Shown piece by piece: positions 54,780 to 64,000 of a stretch of 64,000 bases of DNA. The notes under the pieces are model-generated. The model had not been told where the DNA came from. It saw only the letters and a list, made by a program, of their open reading frames with translations, and ran no database searches. This DNA is from Polyangiales bacterium. Its GTDB lineage: Bacteria > Myxococcota_A > Polyangia > Polyangiales > Ga0077539. How positions within the stretch are numbered: position 1 is the stretch's first letter; each line of letters starts with the position of its first letter. A program made the position numbers and the translations under genes. The stretch lies in assembly GCA_044229975.1 (NCBI GenBank), contig JBGARZ010000005.1, positions 320,001 to 384,000 of the forward strand, written 5' to 3'.

Positions 54780-56669
54780 TCACCCCCCGCGCAGCTTGCG
54801 CCGATCACCCACCCGTAGCGTCACCTTCCGCGCGTCGAACCACTCCAGATAGGGAATGGCCCACTTGCGCGACAGCCCGCTCAGCTCCTTGAAGCCCTGC
54901 GCGTCGATGGTCCCCTTCTCCTTCAACCACGCCACCAGCGCGGCCTCCAGCGCCGCCATCGCCGCCGCGTCCACATACACCTCGCTCGTCACCTTCACCG
55001 CCTCGGCCCGATCGGTGAGCCGCTTCAGCGCCGCCGCGAGCCCCCTGGCGTCCGTCCCCAACGTAGTCGCCAGCTCGTCGACCCGCGGCGCCGACGTGCC
55101 CGCCCGCGCCAGCGCCGCCCTCACCTGCGCCAGGTACGGCGTCTCGTCGGCGCTCCTCGGCCGCCACCCCGCGCGCGCAATCACGTCCCCTTCGCGCGTC
55201 ACCCGCTTCGCCGCCACCAGCGCGCCCAGCGCCGCGTCCACCACCGCGTCGTCACCCAGCGCCGCCAGCGCGCTGCGCCCCATGCCCCGCTCGTCGGGGC
55301 TGCGTCCATGGTGGGCGCTCAGCGCCTCCAGCACCCTCCCCTGCAACGCCTCCAACGCCGGCCGCGACACCCACCGATCGCTCGCGACCGCTACGCCCGC
55401 CGTCCCCTCCGCGACCGCGTAGCCCGCCCTCGCCCACAGCGCCGCGCCGTCGAGTCCGCGCAGCCCCGCGGCCTCCAGCTCCACCTCCGCGCGCGTCCTC
55501 GCATCGCCCGCCGCGCTGCGCCGCGCACGCTCGGCCGACACCGCGCGACGACGCACCCGCTCCACCACCGGGCGCACCACCGTGAGCCCGCCGACGGTAC
55601 CGCCCACGCCCGCCAGCGACGGCGGACCGCGCATCACCAGCCGCTCGCCCACGCGCAACACCAGCGGCCGATCGGTGGTCACCCGCGCGAGCGCCTCTGC
55701 TCCCGCCGCGAGCGATTCGCCCTCCAGCAGCGACACCGTCGCGAGCGCGTGCGTCGCCCCCGCTGCCACCTCCAGCTTCGTCCGCCGGCCGAGCGCCCGC
55801 CGCGTCTCCGGCAGCGATCGCACCACCGCATCAAACGAACGCGTCACCGCCGTCATCCCCTCGCGAAGCACCCACTGCCCACGCGCCACGTCCGCGAGCT
55901 CCACGCCCGCGAGGTTGACCGCCACCCGCGACCCCGCGCGCGCCTCCTTCACGGCCTCACCGTGCACCTGGAGCCCGCGCACCCGCGCGCCCAGCAGCCC
56001 ATGCGACAGACCCGACGGACCCACCGCCACGGCGTCGCCTTCGTGTAGCGATCCGGCCACGAGCGTGCCGGTCACCACCACCCCGAAGCCCTTGCGCGCA
56101 AAGACCCGATCGATGGGCAGCACGGGCGTCCCACCGGCCTCGCGCGGCGCCACGTCCACCGCCGCCAGCGCCGCCCGCAGCGCCTCCACGCCGCGTCCAT
56201 CGCGCGCGCTCACCGCCACCACCGGGGCGCCGTCGAGGGCCGTCCCGCGCAGCACCTCGCGCACCTCGTCGGCGGCCAGCTCGACGAGGTCGTCGCTCGC
56301 GAGGTCGCACTTGGTGAGCGCGCACACGCCGTTGGTCACACCCACCAGGCCGGCGATGGCGAGGTGCTCGCGCGTCTGCGGCATCACGCCTTCGTTCGCG
56401 GCCACCACCAGCAGCATCACGTCGACGCCCCCGGCGCCCGCGATCATCGTCCGAACGAAGCGCTCGTGGCCCGGCATGTCGATGACCGCTGCGCGCGTTC
56501 CGTCGCCCAGGTCCATCGCCGCGAAGCCGAGCTCGATGGTGATGCCGCGCGCCTTCTCCTCGGGCAGCCGGTCGGTGTCGACGCCCGTCAGCGCCTTCAC
56601 CAGCGCCGTCTTGCCGTGATCGATGTGACCCGCCACCCCGATCACCCGCTGACCCGGCCCCGTGCTCAT
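54780..56669 (-). CDS. selB: Selenocysteine-specific translation elongation factor
   Basis: GHIDHGKT, TDRLPEEKARGITIELGFA, DMPGHERF, PIDRVF and C-terminal winged helix LSRKWAIPYLEWFD. Confidence 0.95.
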   Translation of the reverse strand: MSTGPGQRVIGVAGHIDHGKTALVKALTGVDTDRLPEEKARGITIELGFAAMDLGDGTRAAVIDMPGHERFVRTMIAGAGGVDVMLLVVAANEGVMPQTREHLAIAGLVGVTNGVCALTKCDLASDDLVELAADEVREVLRGTALDGAPVVAVSARDGRGVEALRAALAAVDVAPREAGGTPVLPIDRVFARKGFGVVVTGTLVAGSLHEGDAVAVGPSGLSHGLLGARVRGLQVHGEAVKEARAGSRVAVNLAGVELADVARGQWVLREGMTAVTRSFDAVVRSLPETRRALGRRTKLEVAAGATHALATVSLLEGESLAAGAEALARVTTDRPLVLRVGERLVMRGPPSLAGVGGTVGGLTVVRPVVERVRRRAVSAERARRSAAGDARTRAEVELEAAGLRGLDGAALWARAGYAVAEGTAGVAVASDRWVSRPALEALQGRVLEALSAHHGRSPDERGMGRSALAALGDDAVVDAALGALVAAKRVTREGDVIARAGWRPRSADETPYLAQVRAALARAGTSAPRVDELATTLGTDARGLAAALKRLTDRAEAVKVTSEVYVDAAAMAALEAALVAWLKEKGTIDAQGFKELSGLSRKWAIPYLEWFDARKVTLRVGDRRKLRGG

Positions 56670-56711
56670 GGGGTCACCATACCAGCGGCTCTGTTACTCT
56701 CCGCGCCCACC

Positions 56712-58430
56712 ATGCGACCCGCGCGCGCCCTCGTTCTTCTCCCCTTCCTCCTGGCCGCCTGTGACGACGCGGCACCCGCGGCGGACGCCGCCGTCACCGA
56801 CGTCCCCCGCAACGACCTCGGCGCCGCCGACGCGCCCGATGCCACCACCGACGACGTCGTCGAGCCCGCGGTCGATGTCCCTGCGCCGGACGTCCTCCCC
56901 ACCATCGAGCCCTTCGACCCCAACCCCCGCGGCAGCTTCCCGCCGGGCTTTCTCTGGGGCTCGGCCACCGCCCCGTACCAGATCGAGGGCGGCCTCGAAC
57001 GCACCGACTGGGGACAGTGGGAGTCGATGCCCAACCGCATCCTCAACGGCGACCGCGCCAACAACGGCCCGCGGAGCTTCACCCAGTTCGCCGGCGAGCT
57101 CGACGCCCTCGTCGCCACCCACCAGAACGCCTACCGCCTCGGCTTCGACTGGTCGCGCCTCTTCCCGACGCGCGCCGCCTGGGACCGCTGCTTCGCCGCG
57201 CGCACCCGTCCCCTCGCGGACTTCATGACCGAGTGCCGCGCCGCCGCCGACCCCGAAGGCGTCGCCTACTACCACCGCGTGCTCGACGCGATGGCCGCGC
57301 GCCGGCTCGTCCCGATGGTGACGCTCTACCACTTCGTTCTGCCCGACTACCTCAACGACCTCTCGCAGCCCTACGACACGCAAGGGTGGGTGCGCGACGG
57401 TATCGTCGACGACTTCGGCGTGTGGTCGCGCTTCGCGGGCGGTGAGTACGGCCGCCAGGTCGACTGGTGGATCACCCTCAACGAGCCCCTCGTCATCGCC
57501 GCCGGTGGGTACGTCCAGAACGTCTTCCCCCCCGGCGCGCCGCTCAACTTCGACCGCGTCCGACGGCTCGTGGGCCACATGATCCGCGCCCACGCGCGCG
57601 GCTACGACGCGCTCCACGAGGCCGACACCTTCGCCGTCGCGAGCAACGCCGACGCGGGCGTCGGTGGCACCGGCGGTCGACCGGCGCTCGTCTCCATCGC
57701 CACGCACAACCGGGTGTTTCGCGCCGAGCGGCCGGGCAACGAGGCTGATGAAGCGGGCGCCCGCGCCGTGGCCTACATCAACAACGACCTCTTCATGAAC
57801 GCCATCGTCGCAGGCGACTTCGACGGCGACGCCGACGGCACGCTCACCGGCCCGATGGACGTGCGCAACGACCCGTCGCTGCGCGCCCGCGCCGACTACA
57901 TCGGGCTCAACTACTACGGGCTCACGCTGGTGCACGGCATCCCCTCGCTGCCCATCCTCCGGGGGTTTCCGCAGCAGGTCTCGCTCAACACCCCGCTCCC
58001 CAAGTCCGACCTCGACTGGGATCTCTACCCCCAAGGGTTCCTGCTCGTGATGCGCGAGCTGCGGCGCTTCAACCTCCCGGTGATCATCACCGAAAACGGC
58101 CTCGCCGACGCCTCCGGAACCAACCGCCCGCGCTACCTCGCCGAGCACCTCGCCATCGTCGCGCGCGCCATCCGCGAGGGCCTCGACGTGCGCGGGTACT
58201 TCCACTGGTCGATCATCGACAACTTCGAGTGGGCCGAGGGGTTCTGCCCCCGCTTCGGCATCTACACCGTCGACTACAACGACCCCGCGCGTCGCCGCAT
58301 CCCCACGCCCGCGGCCGAGACCTACCGCCGCATCATCGACGAGAACCAGGTGAGCGACACGCTCCTCCGCGAGGTGCCCGCCTACCACCCGCCGACGCTG
58401 TGCCACCCGCGCACCGACGCCGGGACGTGA
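56712..58430 (+). CDS. Glycoside hydrolase family 1 lipoprotein
   Basis: Lipobox LAAC, FLWGSATAPYQIEG, TLNEP (acid/base), ITENG (nucleophile) and DNFEWAEG. Confidence 0.93.
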   Translation: MRPARALVLLPFLLAACDDAAPAADAAVTDVPRNDLGAADAPDATTDDVVEPAVDVPAPDVLPTIEPFDPNPRGSFPPGFLWGSATAPYQIEGGLERTDWGQWESMPNRILNGDRANNGPRSFTQFAGELDALVATHQNAYRLGFDWSRLFPTRAAWDRCFAARTRPLADFMTECRAAADPEGVAYYHRVLDAMAARRLVPMVTLYHFVLPDYLNDLSQPYDTQGWVRDGIVDDFGVWSRFAGGEYGRQVDWWITLNEPLVIAAGGYVQNVFPPGAPLNFDRVRRLVGHMIRAHARGYDALHEADTFAVASNADAGVGGTGGRPALVSIATHNRVFRAERPGNEADEAGARAVAYINNDLFMNAIVAGDFDGDADGTLTGPMDVRNDPSLRARADYIGLNYYGLTLVHGIPSLPILRGFPQQVSLNTPLPKSDLDWDLYPQGFLLVMRELRRFNLPVIITENGLADASGTNRPRYLAEHLAIVARAIREGLDVRGYFHWSIIDNFEWAEGFCPRFGIYTVDYNDPARRRIPTPAAETYRRIIDENQVSDTLLREVPAYHPPTLCHPRTDAGT

Positions 58431-58846
58431 GGGCGCTCGCCCTCCTCGCCCTCCTCGCTCTCTTCCCCGCCGACCTCCTCGCGCAGGGGCGCGCCCGACG
58501 CCACCGCCGACCACCGCGACCACCCACTGGAGCCGTTCATCTCCGCGTGCTGCGGGTCGAGCGCGCGTCCATCGACGGAGCCCGCCTCGCCGCACCCACG
58601 GTGCTCCCCGCCGTCGTCCGCTGCCTCGACGCCGCGCGCGCCCGCGACCCCGCCGGGTTTCCTTCGTCTCGCAGCGTCGAGGTCGTCATCGGACTCGCCG
58701 CCGGAGGGAGGGCGCAGGCCGTGGAGTTCGACCCGCCCCTCACCGCGCTGGGCCTGTCCGCGTGCCTCGGCGACGCGCTGCTCACGTGGCGCCAGCCGGG
58801 CAACACCCAGCCCCGCGCGTCGGTCTATCTCCGCCTCGAACTCTGA
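58427..58846 (+). CDS. Small exported protein, TonB-C/AgmX-C-like fold possible
   Basis: GTGA overlap, signal peptide and two Cys (RCL...ACL); pattern resembles TonB C-terminal-like domains. Confidence 0.55.
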   Translation: MRALALLALLALFPADLLAQGRARRHRRPPRPPTGAVHLRVLRVERASIDGARLAAPTVLPAVVRCLDAARARDPAGFPSSRSVEVVIGLAAGGRAQAVEFDPPLTALGLSACLGDALLTWRQPGNTQPRASVYLRLEL

Positions 58847-58857
58847 CCTTCGACGGC

Positions 58858-60003
58858 ATGGGCCTTGAGTCTGCGGGCCCGGACGCCAGCGGCACTTCCG
58901 CCGTCGCGCGTCCCTCCCCGATGGCCCCCATGCCGCACCTCTCACGGTCCACCACCGCGCCCGCCGACGAGCGTCGTTCGTCTCCGCCCGAAGGTTCTCT
59001 CCGAGTGCAGCCGACGCCCCCGTCGCCGCTCGAAGATGTCCCCTGTCCGGCGGCAATCCTCGACGCCGCTTGCGTCGTGAGGGAGGCCAACCGCGCCTGG
59101 CTCACCTCGCCCATGGGCGTCGCCAACCTCGGGCAGAGCTACCCGGCCGGACTCCACGCCGCCGTCCCCAACGCCGCCGCCCTGCTCCGCGCCATCACCG
59201 AAGTCATCACCACAACACCCGACGTCGATCGGGTTGTCAGTGGCTTGACAGTACCCTGTCACGAGTATGACGCTGAACATTGGACCTCTGTCAGCTTGTC
59301 GACAGCGATGCGTCAGAATCGACGGTGCTGGATGGTGCTCCATCAGGATGCGACGGCGCAGAAGCAGGAAGAGCGGCGTCAGGAGATGGTCCTGCGCACT
59401 GCGATGATCCAGGCGTGCCCGCAAGATCCGACGGTGCGTGAGCGCCGGGTGGCGACGATGCTGGGCGAGCTGCTCAACGCGTCGGCGGTGGTGGTCTGGG
59501 AGCGAGCGGCCACGGGTGCTCTTCGGGCCCGCCCGCTGGAGACGGCATCGTCGTCCCCGCGGGTGGCGACCATCGCGCACACCAAGCAGCTCACGGCCGT
59601 GATGGACGGCAACACGGCCGAGTGGCTACGGCTCCTCGACGGGACGCCCTGCTTCGCGGTCCCCGTGAGCCAGCACGAGCGGGTGGTGTTGCTGCACTTC
59701 CAACCGCGCCCTCGCTTCGACCTCGACACGCTGACGCTCGTGGCGCGCGCGCTGCGGCCCACCACCACGCTGCTCGCGCACGCCCGCGCCGCTCGTGCGC
59801 GGACGCCCCGCGAGGCCCGGCGCACGCTCGACCCCGACGACGCGCGGTACCCCGACCTCGCCCAACACGAGCGCCTCCACATCGAGCGCACCCTCGCCCT
59901 CTGCGGCAACAACATCGTCCGCGCGGCGCAGGCGCTGGGCATCGCGCGCTCGACGCTCTACGAGCGCCTCAAGGACTACGGCGTCACCCTGTCGGTGCGC
60001 TGA
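58858..60003 (+). CDS. PAS + GAF-like + Fis-type HTH regulator lacking a sigma54 AAA+ domain
   Basis: AILDAACVVREANRAW and HQDAT (PAS/PAC); C-terminal ERLHIERTLALCGNNIVRAAQALGIARSTLYERLK. Start uncertain. Confidence 0.75.
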   Translation: MGLESAGPDASGTSAVARPSPMAPMPHLSRSTTAPADERRSSPPEGSLRVQPTPPSPLEDVPCPAAILDAACVVREANRAWLTSPMGVANLGQSYPAGLHAAVPNAAALLRAITEVITTTPDVDRVVSGLTVPCHEYDAEHWTSVSLSTAMRQNRRCWMVLHQDATAQKQEERRQEMVLRTAMIQACPQDPTVRERRVATMLGELLNASAVVVWERAATGALRARPLETASSSPRVATIAHTKQLTAVMDGNTAEWLRLLDGTPCFAVPVSQHERVVLLHFQPRPRFDLDTLTLVARALRPTTTLLAHARAARARTPREARRTLDPDDARYPDLAQHERLHIERTLALCGNNIVRAAQALGIARSTLYERLKDYGVTLSVR

Positions 60004-60007
60004 CCGC

Positions 60008-60388
60008 TCAGCCCTTCACCCTCATCAAGAACAGCGGGTTCCACGCGAAGAGCGAGAGCTCGGCGCGGCCCTGCATCCACTGCCGCAGCGCGGCCCCTGA
60101 GTCCGCGTCGTCGAAGCGCCCGGCGTCGATGAGCGCGCACAGCTCGCCGTCGTCCACCGGAGCGCCCGGCAGCGCCTCCCGCCCGCGCTCGATCTCCGCG
60201 ACCATCTCCGGGCCGCGGGACATCTCGCGCGACGCGACGCCCAGCACATGGGTCGCCACGAGCGTCTCGAAGCGCAGCCGCGGGTCGGTGATGGCCGGGA
60301 CCACCTTGGTCGCGAGGTGCTCGCGCGCGGCGTCGATGAGGTCGAGGGCGCTGGGGTGCTGCTCGAAGGCGTCGCGATCGTTGCTCAT
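60008..60388 (-). CDS. DUF6285-like small protein
   Basis: PSALDLIDAAREHL, RFETLVA and NP; 4-bp overlap with the phosphotransferase, a usual pairing. Confidence 0.7.
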   Translation of the reverse strand: MSNDRDAFEQHPSALDLIDAAREHLATKVVPAITDPRLRFETLVATHVLGVASREMSRGPEMVAEIERGREALPGAPVDDGELCALIDAGRFDDADSGAALRQWMQGRAELSLFAWNPLFLMRVKG

Positions 60389-61425
60389 GGGGTGCCCTTC
60401 TCGATGCGGTCGATGCGGTCGATGAGCTCCCACTCCATCTCGGCGGCCTTGCGCCCGAGGCTCACCAGCTCCACCGAGCGGTCGCTCCCGCTCAGGTGAC
60501 GGGCGGCCTGCGCGTGGCACATCACCGCCCAGCGGAGGTTGCCCAGCAGCTCCCACCAGACGAGCGCAGCGCGGTCGACGGGGCGACCACCGGCCGAGGC
60601 ATACCCGTCGAGGTATTCGTCGAGCGATCCGACACCACCGACCAACTTGGTGTCCTGCTCGAAGCGCCAGTCGCGCACGGTGGCCCACCCGAGGTCTTCG
60701 TGACGATCACCGAGGTGCGCAAACTCCCAATCGAGGACGCCGCGCAACCCCTCGCGGTCGACCAGCAGGTTGCCGATGCGGTAGTCGCCGTGCACCAGCG
60801 TGAGCTCGCCGTCCCACGCCGGGACGTGCGCCGTGAGCCAGCGCAGCGCGTAGACCCACGCGGGGTTGCGCAGCCCGAGCGACGCCACGACCGTGCGCGA
60901 CTGGTGCAGCGCCTCTTCCGCGGGTGTGCGCCCGTCGGTGACGCCGGGGAGCGTCGGCAGGCCATCGACAGGGACACGATGGATGACCGCGAGCGCCTCA
61001 CCGAGCTGTCGGGCGAGCACCTCGCGGGCGGCGGCGAGCTCGGGCGCCCGCACCACCTTGCGGCCGACGCTCTCGCCGACGAGTCGCTCCATGAGAAACC
61101 ACGCCCGCGGCGCACCGGGCGCTGAAAGGTACCGCGGCGTCGGCGCTCGCACGCCCGCCGCACACGCCGCGCGGAGGAGCGCGAACTCCGTCGCCCGGTC
61201 GAGGGCCCACGCGCTCATGTTGGCGCCCATGTCGCGACGCAGGACGAGGGCCTCGGTGGCGTCGCCCACGCGCAGGTCGAGCGCCCAGGTCTCCATCGAG
61301 GCACCACCCGCGAGGCGCCGCGCGGACACGAGCGATGTGGGGAGTCCGGTGGTGGTGCTCACGACGCCGAGCACCTCGTCGCGCAACGGGTCGGACAGCG
61401 AGTCGGCGCGGATCACGTCGGTCAT
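60385..61425 (-). CDS. APH/ChoK-like phosphotransferase family protein
   Basis: LAGGASMETW, LVLRR, HGDYRIGN, LDWEFAH and EDLGW. Confidence 0.9.
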   Translation of the reverse strand: MTDVIRADSLSDPLRDEVLGVVSTTTGLPTSLVSARRLAGGASMETWALDLRVGDATEALVLRRDMGANMSAWALDRATEFALLRAACAAGVRAPTPRYLSAPGAPRAWFLMERLVGESVGRKVVRAPELAAAREVLARQLGEALAVIHRVPVDGLPTLPGVTDGRTPAEEALHQSRTVVASLGLRNPAWVYALRWLTAHVPAWDGELTLVHGDYRIGNLLVDREGLRGVLDWEFAHLGDRHEDLGWATVRDWRFEQDTKLVGGVGSLDEYLDGYASAGGRPVDRAALVWWELLGNLRWAVMCHAQAARHLSGSDRSVELVSLGRKAAEMEWELIDRIDRIEKGTP

Positions 61426-61498
61426 GGTGATGATGGTCGGCGACGGTACACGCGCGGGGCGTGGCCCGCGACTCCGAACGCCGCTACGATCGCCCTCC

Positions 61499-62155
61499 AT
61501 GGACACGCAACCGACGCCCTTCGCCGAGCACCAACGCTTCCTCGCGACGCTGCGCGCGAGGCTCCACGCGCAGGCGCTGGGCTTGCGCATCGCAACGCTG
61601 GCGGGGGTCTCGACCTGGGTGCTGGTGCACGGGCAGACGGCCGAGGCGCGGTACCTCTTCGTGGCACCGATGCTGGCGCTGGCCGGGGGCGCGCTGGAGG
61701 TCGGCCTGGAGCGGCGCGATCAGTTGCTGGGCGCGCTGGGTCGGCTGCCCACGGCGATGGTCGACGTCGAGCTGGTGGAGTCGCAGGTGCCGTGGCGTCG
61801 CGCGGTGTACCGCTCGGCGCTGCCGTGGCTGTACGTTCCGACGGCCATCCTCGCGGCGGGCATCACGCTCGATACGCTCGACGCGCGCCCCGGGTGGACG
61901 GCGCACCTCTTCTGGCTCATCGCGCTGGGCCTGGTGTCCGTCGCGGCCTACTGCGGGGTGCTGGGTGCGTGGTGGAGCGACCACTTCGGCGACGCCCGCG
62001 AGACCTCTTCGTTGCCCAGCGCCACCAGCCTCGCGGCGACGCCCGCGGTGGTGCAGCGGACGCCGTCGTTGGTTCCGGGTGAGCCGACGCCGGGGCCGTT
62101 TCCGGTGAAGCGCACGGAGTCGACGACGCAGAGCTTCGGCACGCCGGTGAGCTGA
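61499..62155 (+). CDS. Hypothetical membrane protein
   Basis: About 4 hydrophobic helices; ATG at 61499. Confidence 0.6.
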   Translation: MDTQPTPFAEHQRFLATLRARLHAQALGLRIATLAGVSTWVLVHGQTAEARYLFVAPMLALAGGALEVGLERRDQLLGALGRLPTAMVDVELVESQVPWRRAVYRSALPWLYVPTAILAAGITLDTLDARPGWTAHLFWLIALGLVSVAAYCGVLGAWWSDHFGDARETSSLPSATSLAATPAVVQRTPSLVPGEPTPGPFPVKRTESTTQSFGTPVS

Positions 62156-62167
62156 CGGTCGGATCCG

Positions 62168-64000
62168 TCACCACACCGTCCGAACCACCACCCCTCGCGT
62201 CGACGACGCGCCGTCCCCGAGCTGTCCTTCGGTGTCGCGACCCCAGCAGCGCATCGTCCCGTCCGTTCGCACCACGCAGGTGTGCGTCGCCCCCGCCGTC
62301 ACCGCGCGCAGACCGTCCACCCCCGCCACCCGCACCGCCCGCGATCGTGACGTCCGCGTCCCGTCGCCGAGCTGACCAAACTGGTTCCATCCCCAGCAGC
62401 GCAGCTCGCTCGTCCCGGTGCGTGCGCAGGCGTGCGACCCGCCCACTGCGATCTCCGTCACGCCCAGCAGCGCGCTGCCCTCGTCGGTCAGCACCGGCGT
62501 CGCCGTCAGCGCCACCCGCTCGTCGCCCGTACCCGCCTGACCGCCGTCGTTGAGACCCCAGCAGCGAACCGTCCCGTCCCTCGACCGTGCACACGCGAAC
62601 GACTCGCCGACCCCGACCTCCGCCGCGTCGCTCACCCCATCGACCGCCGTCGGGAGCGTGCGCGCCGTCGAGGTCCCGTCCCCGAGCGAGGCGCCCTCTG
62701 GCGGACTCCCCCAGCAGCGCACCGCGCCGTCGCCCACGACCGCGCAGGACATCCGCTCGCCCGCCGCCACCGCGCGCACGTCGCGCAGCGCCAGGGTCAC
62801 TGGCGTCGTCGACAGCTCCCACACACCACCATCCGGCGAGGCCACCCCGAGCTGCTCGAAGTCGTTGGCGCCCCACGCCCGCGCCGTCCCGTCGCTCAAG
62901 CGCGCGAGCACGTGCCACAGCCCGACGCTCACCGCCGCGACGCCCGTCGACTGCACCTGGCTCGGCCGGTCGCGCGCATCGGGTCGACCGTCCCCCACCT
63001 GCCCGGCGCCGTTGGGACCCCAGCACGTGAGACGCCCGTCCGACTGCACCGCGCAGGTGCCACCGCCCGCCGACACCGACTGCACGTTCGTCAGCCCGTC
63101 GACGCGTCCGGGCGTTCCGCGCTCGCCCTCGGTGCCGTCACCGAGCCGGTAGTTTTCGTTGGAACCCCAGCACCACGCGACCCGCTCACCCGTCACCGCG
63201 CAGGTGTGCCGCGCGCCCGCCGACGCCTGCTCCACGCCCGTGAGCTCGCGCACCGCGACGGGAGACGTTCGCACCGAGGCCGCGTCGCCGAGCTGCCCCT
63301 CGCGATTGCTCCCGAAGCACGAGACCGCGCCGTCCGTCGTCAGCACGCACGTATGCGCCCGACCCGCCGTCACCCGGCTGGCGGTGAGGCCCGCGACCAG
63401 CGTCGCCCGCTCCACCCGCGTTCGCTGCGGCCCCGCCTGCCCTTCGTCGCCGCGACCCCAGCAGCGCACCGTCCCGCCCTCGCCCACCGCGCACGAGTGC
63501 AGCGCGCCCAGCGCGAGCCGCGTCACGCCGCGCAACGGAACGCCGTCTTCATCCACCACCGTCACCGGCACGTCCGATCGGTCGGCCCCCGGCCCGTCGC
63601 CGAGCTGCCCCTCCGCGTCGCGGCCCCAGCAGCGCACCCCGCCACCGTCGACGATCGCGCACGAGTGCCCCTCGCCCGATGCCACCAACACCGCCCCGGT
63701 GAGCACCGCCGTCGCCGACGCCGTGCGCGTGGAGCCCGCGGCTCCGTTGCCGAGCTGTCCTTCGCTGTCGTCGCCCCAGCAGTGCACCGCGCCGCTCGCG
63801 AAGAGCGCGCAGGTGTGGCTGCGTCCCGCGGCGATCTGCGTCACGTCGGCGAGCGGGCCCGTCGCCCCGCGCACCACGACGGGCGTCGTCGTGCGGGTGG
63901 TGGTTCCGTCGCCGAGCTGTCCGTAGTCGTTGCCGCCGAAGCACACCGCGCTGCCGTCCGAGCGCACCGCGCACATGTGCTCGCCGTTGCCGTTGAGGTC
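62168..64000 (-). CDS. RCC1/BLIP-II repeat protein, 5'-partial
   Basis: Many HTCA...G.V.CWG.N..GQLGDG repeats; the ORF runs off the window end. Confidence 0.93.
   Translation of the reverse strand, partial: DLNGNGEHMCAVRSDGSAVCFGGNDYGQLGDGTTTRTTTPVVVRGATGPLADVTQIAAGRSHTCALFASGAVHCWGDDSEGQLGNGAAGSTRTASATAVLTGAVLVASGEGHSCAIVDGGGVRCWGRDAEGQLGDGPGADRSDVPVTVVDEDGVPLRGVTRLALGALHSCAVGEGGTVRCWGRGDEGQAGPQRTRVERATLVAGLTASRVTAGRAHTCVLTTDGAVSCFGSNREGQLGDAASVRTSPVAVRELTGVEQASAGARHTCAVTGERVAWCWGSNENYRLGDGTEGERGTPGRVDGLTNVQSVSAGGGTCAVQSDGRLTCWGPNGAGQVGDGRPDARDRPSQVQSTGVAAVSVGLWHVLARLSDGTARAWGANDFEQLGVASPDGGVWELSTTPVTLALRDVRAVAAGERMSCAVVGDGAVRCWGSPPEGASLGDGTSTARTLPTAVDGVSDAAEVGVGESFACARSRDGTVRCWGLNDGGQAGTGDERVALTATPVLTDEGSALLGVTEIAVGGSHACARTGTSELRCWGWNQFGQLGDGTRTSRSRAVRVAGVDGLRAVTAGATHTCVVRTDGTMRCWGRDTEGQLGDGASSTRGVVVRTVW

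Noticed and set aside
62168..64000. Repetitive DNA at the window end
   Set aside because: Explained by ordinary RCC1 protein repeats.

Overview
A very GC-rich (roughly 70% by eye), gene-dense bacterial window. Gene content suggests Myxococcota, Polyangia-like (inference): many lipoproteins with Asp/Pro-rich linkers, Cys-rich modules, Uma2, FHA, PilZ, RCC1 and TolB-like proteins. It holds about 45 CDS, with partial genes at both ends. Recognisable housekeeping genes are serA, a cystathionine gamma-lyase/synthase, selB and an Lhr helicase with its metallophosphoesterase partner. I found no rRNA, tRNA, CRISPR array, transposase or integrase. Notable loci: (i) a tandem-cyclase/STAND-NTPase/TPR gene coupled to a gene fusing two complete flavin-oxidoreductase units, with a third paralog converging on it; (ii) a lower-GC ABC-type ATPase plus TOPRIM-like pair that resembles PARIS-type defence, in an accessory block ending in a 44-bp tandem repeat at the selB stop; (iii) an exported DUF2252 kinase-like lipoprotein, a beta-barrel protein and a lamin-tail lipoprotein in one operon; (iv) serA flanked by a ~507-bp direct repeat of paralogous lipoproteins; (v) two REP-like palindromic elements; (vi) two truncated gene remnants. 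All family calls come from motif recognition by eye, not database searches.
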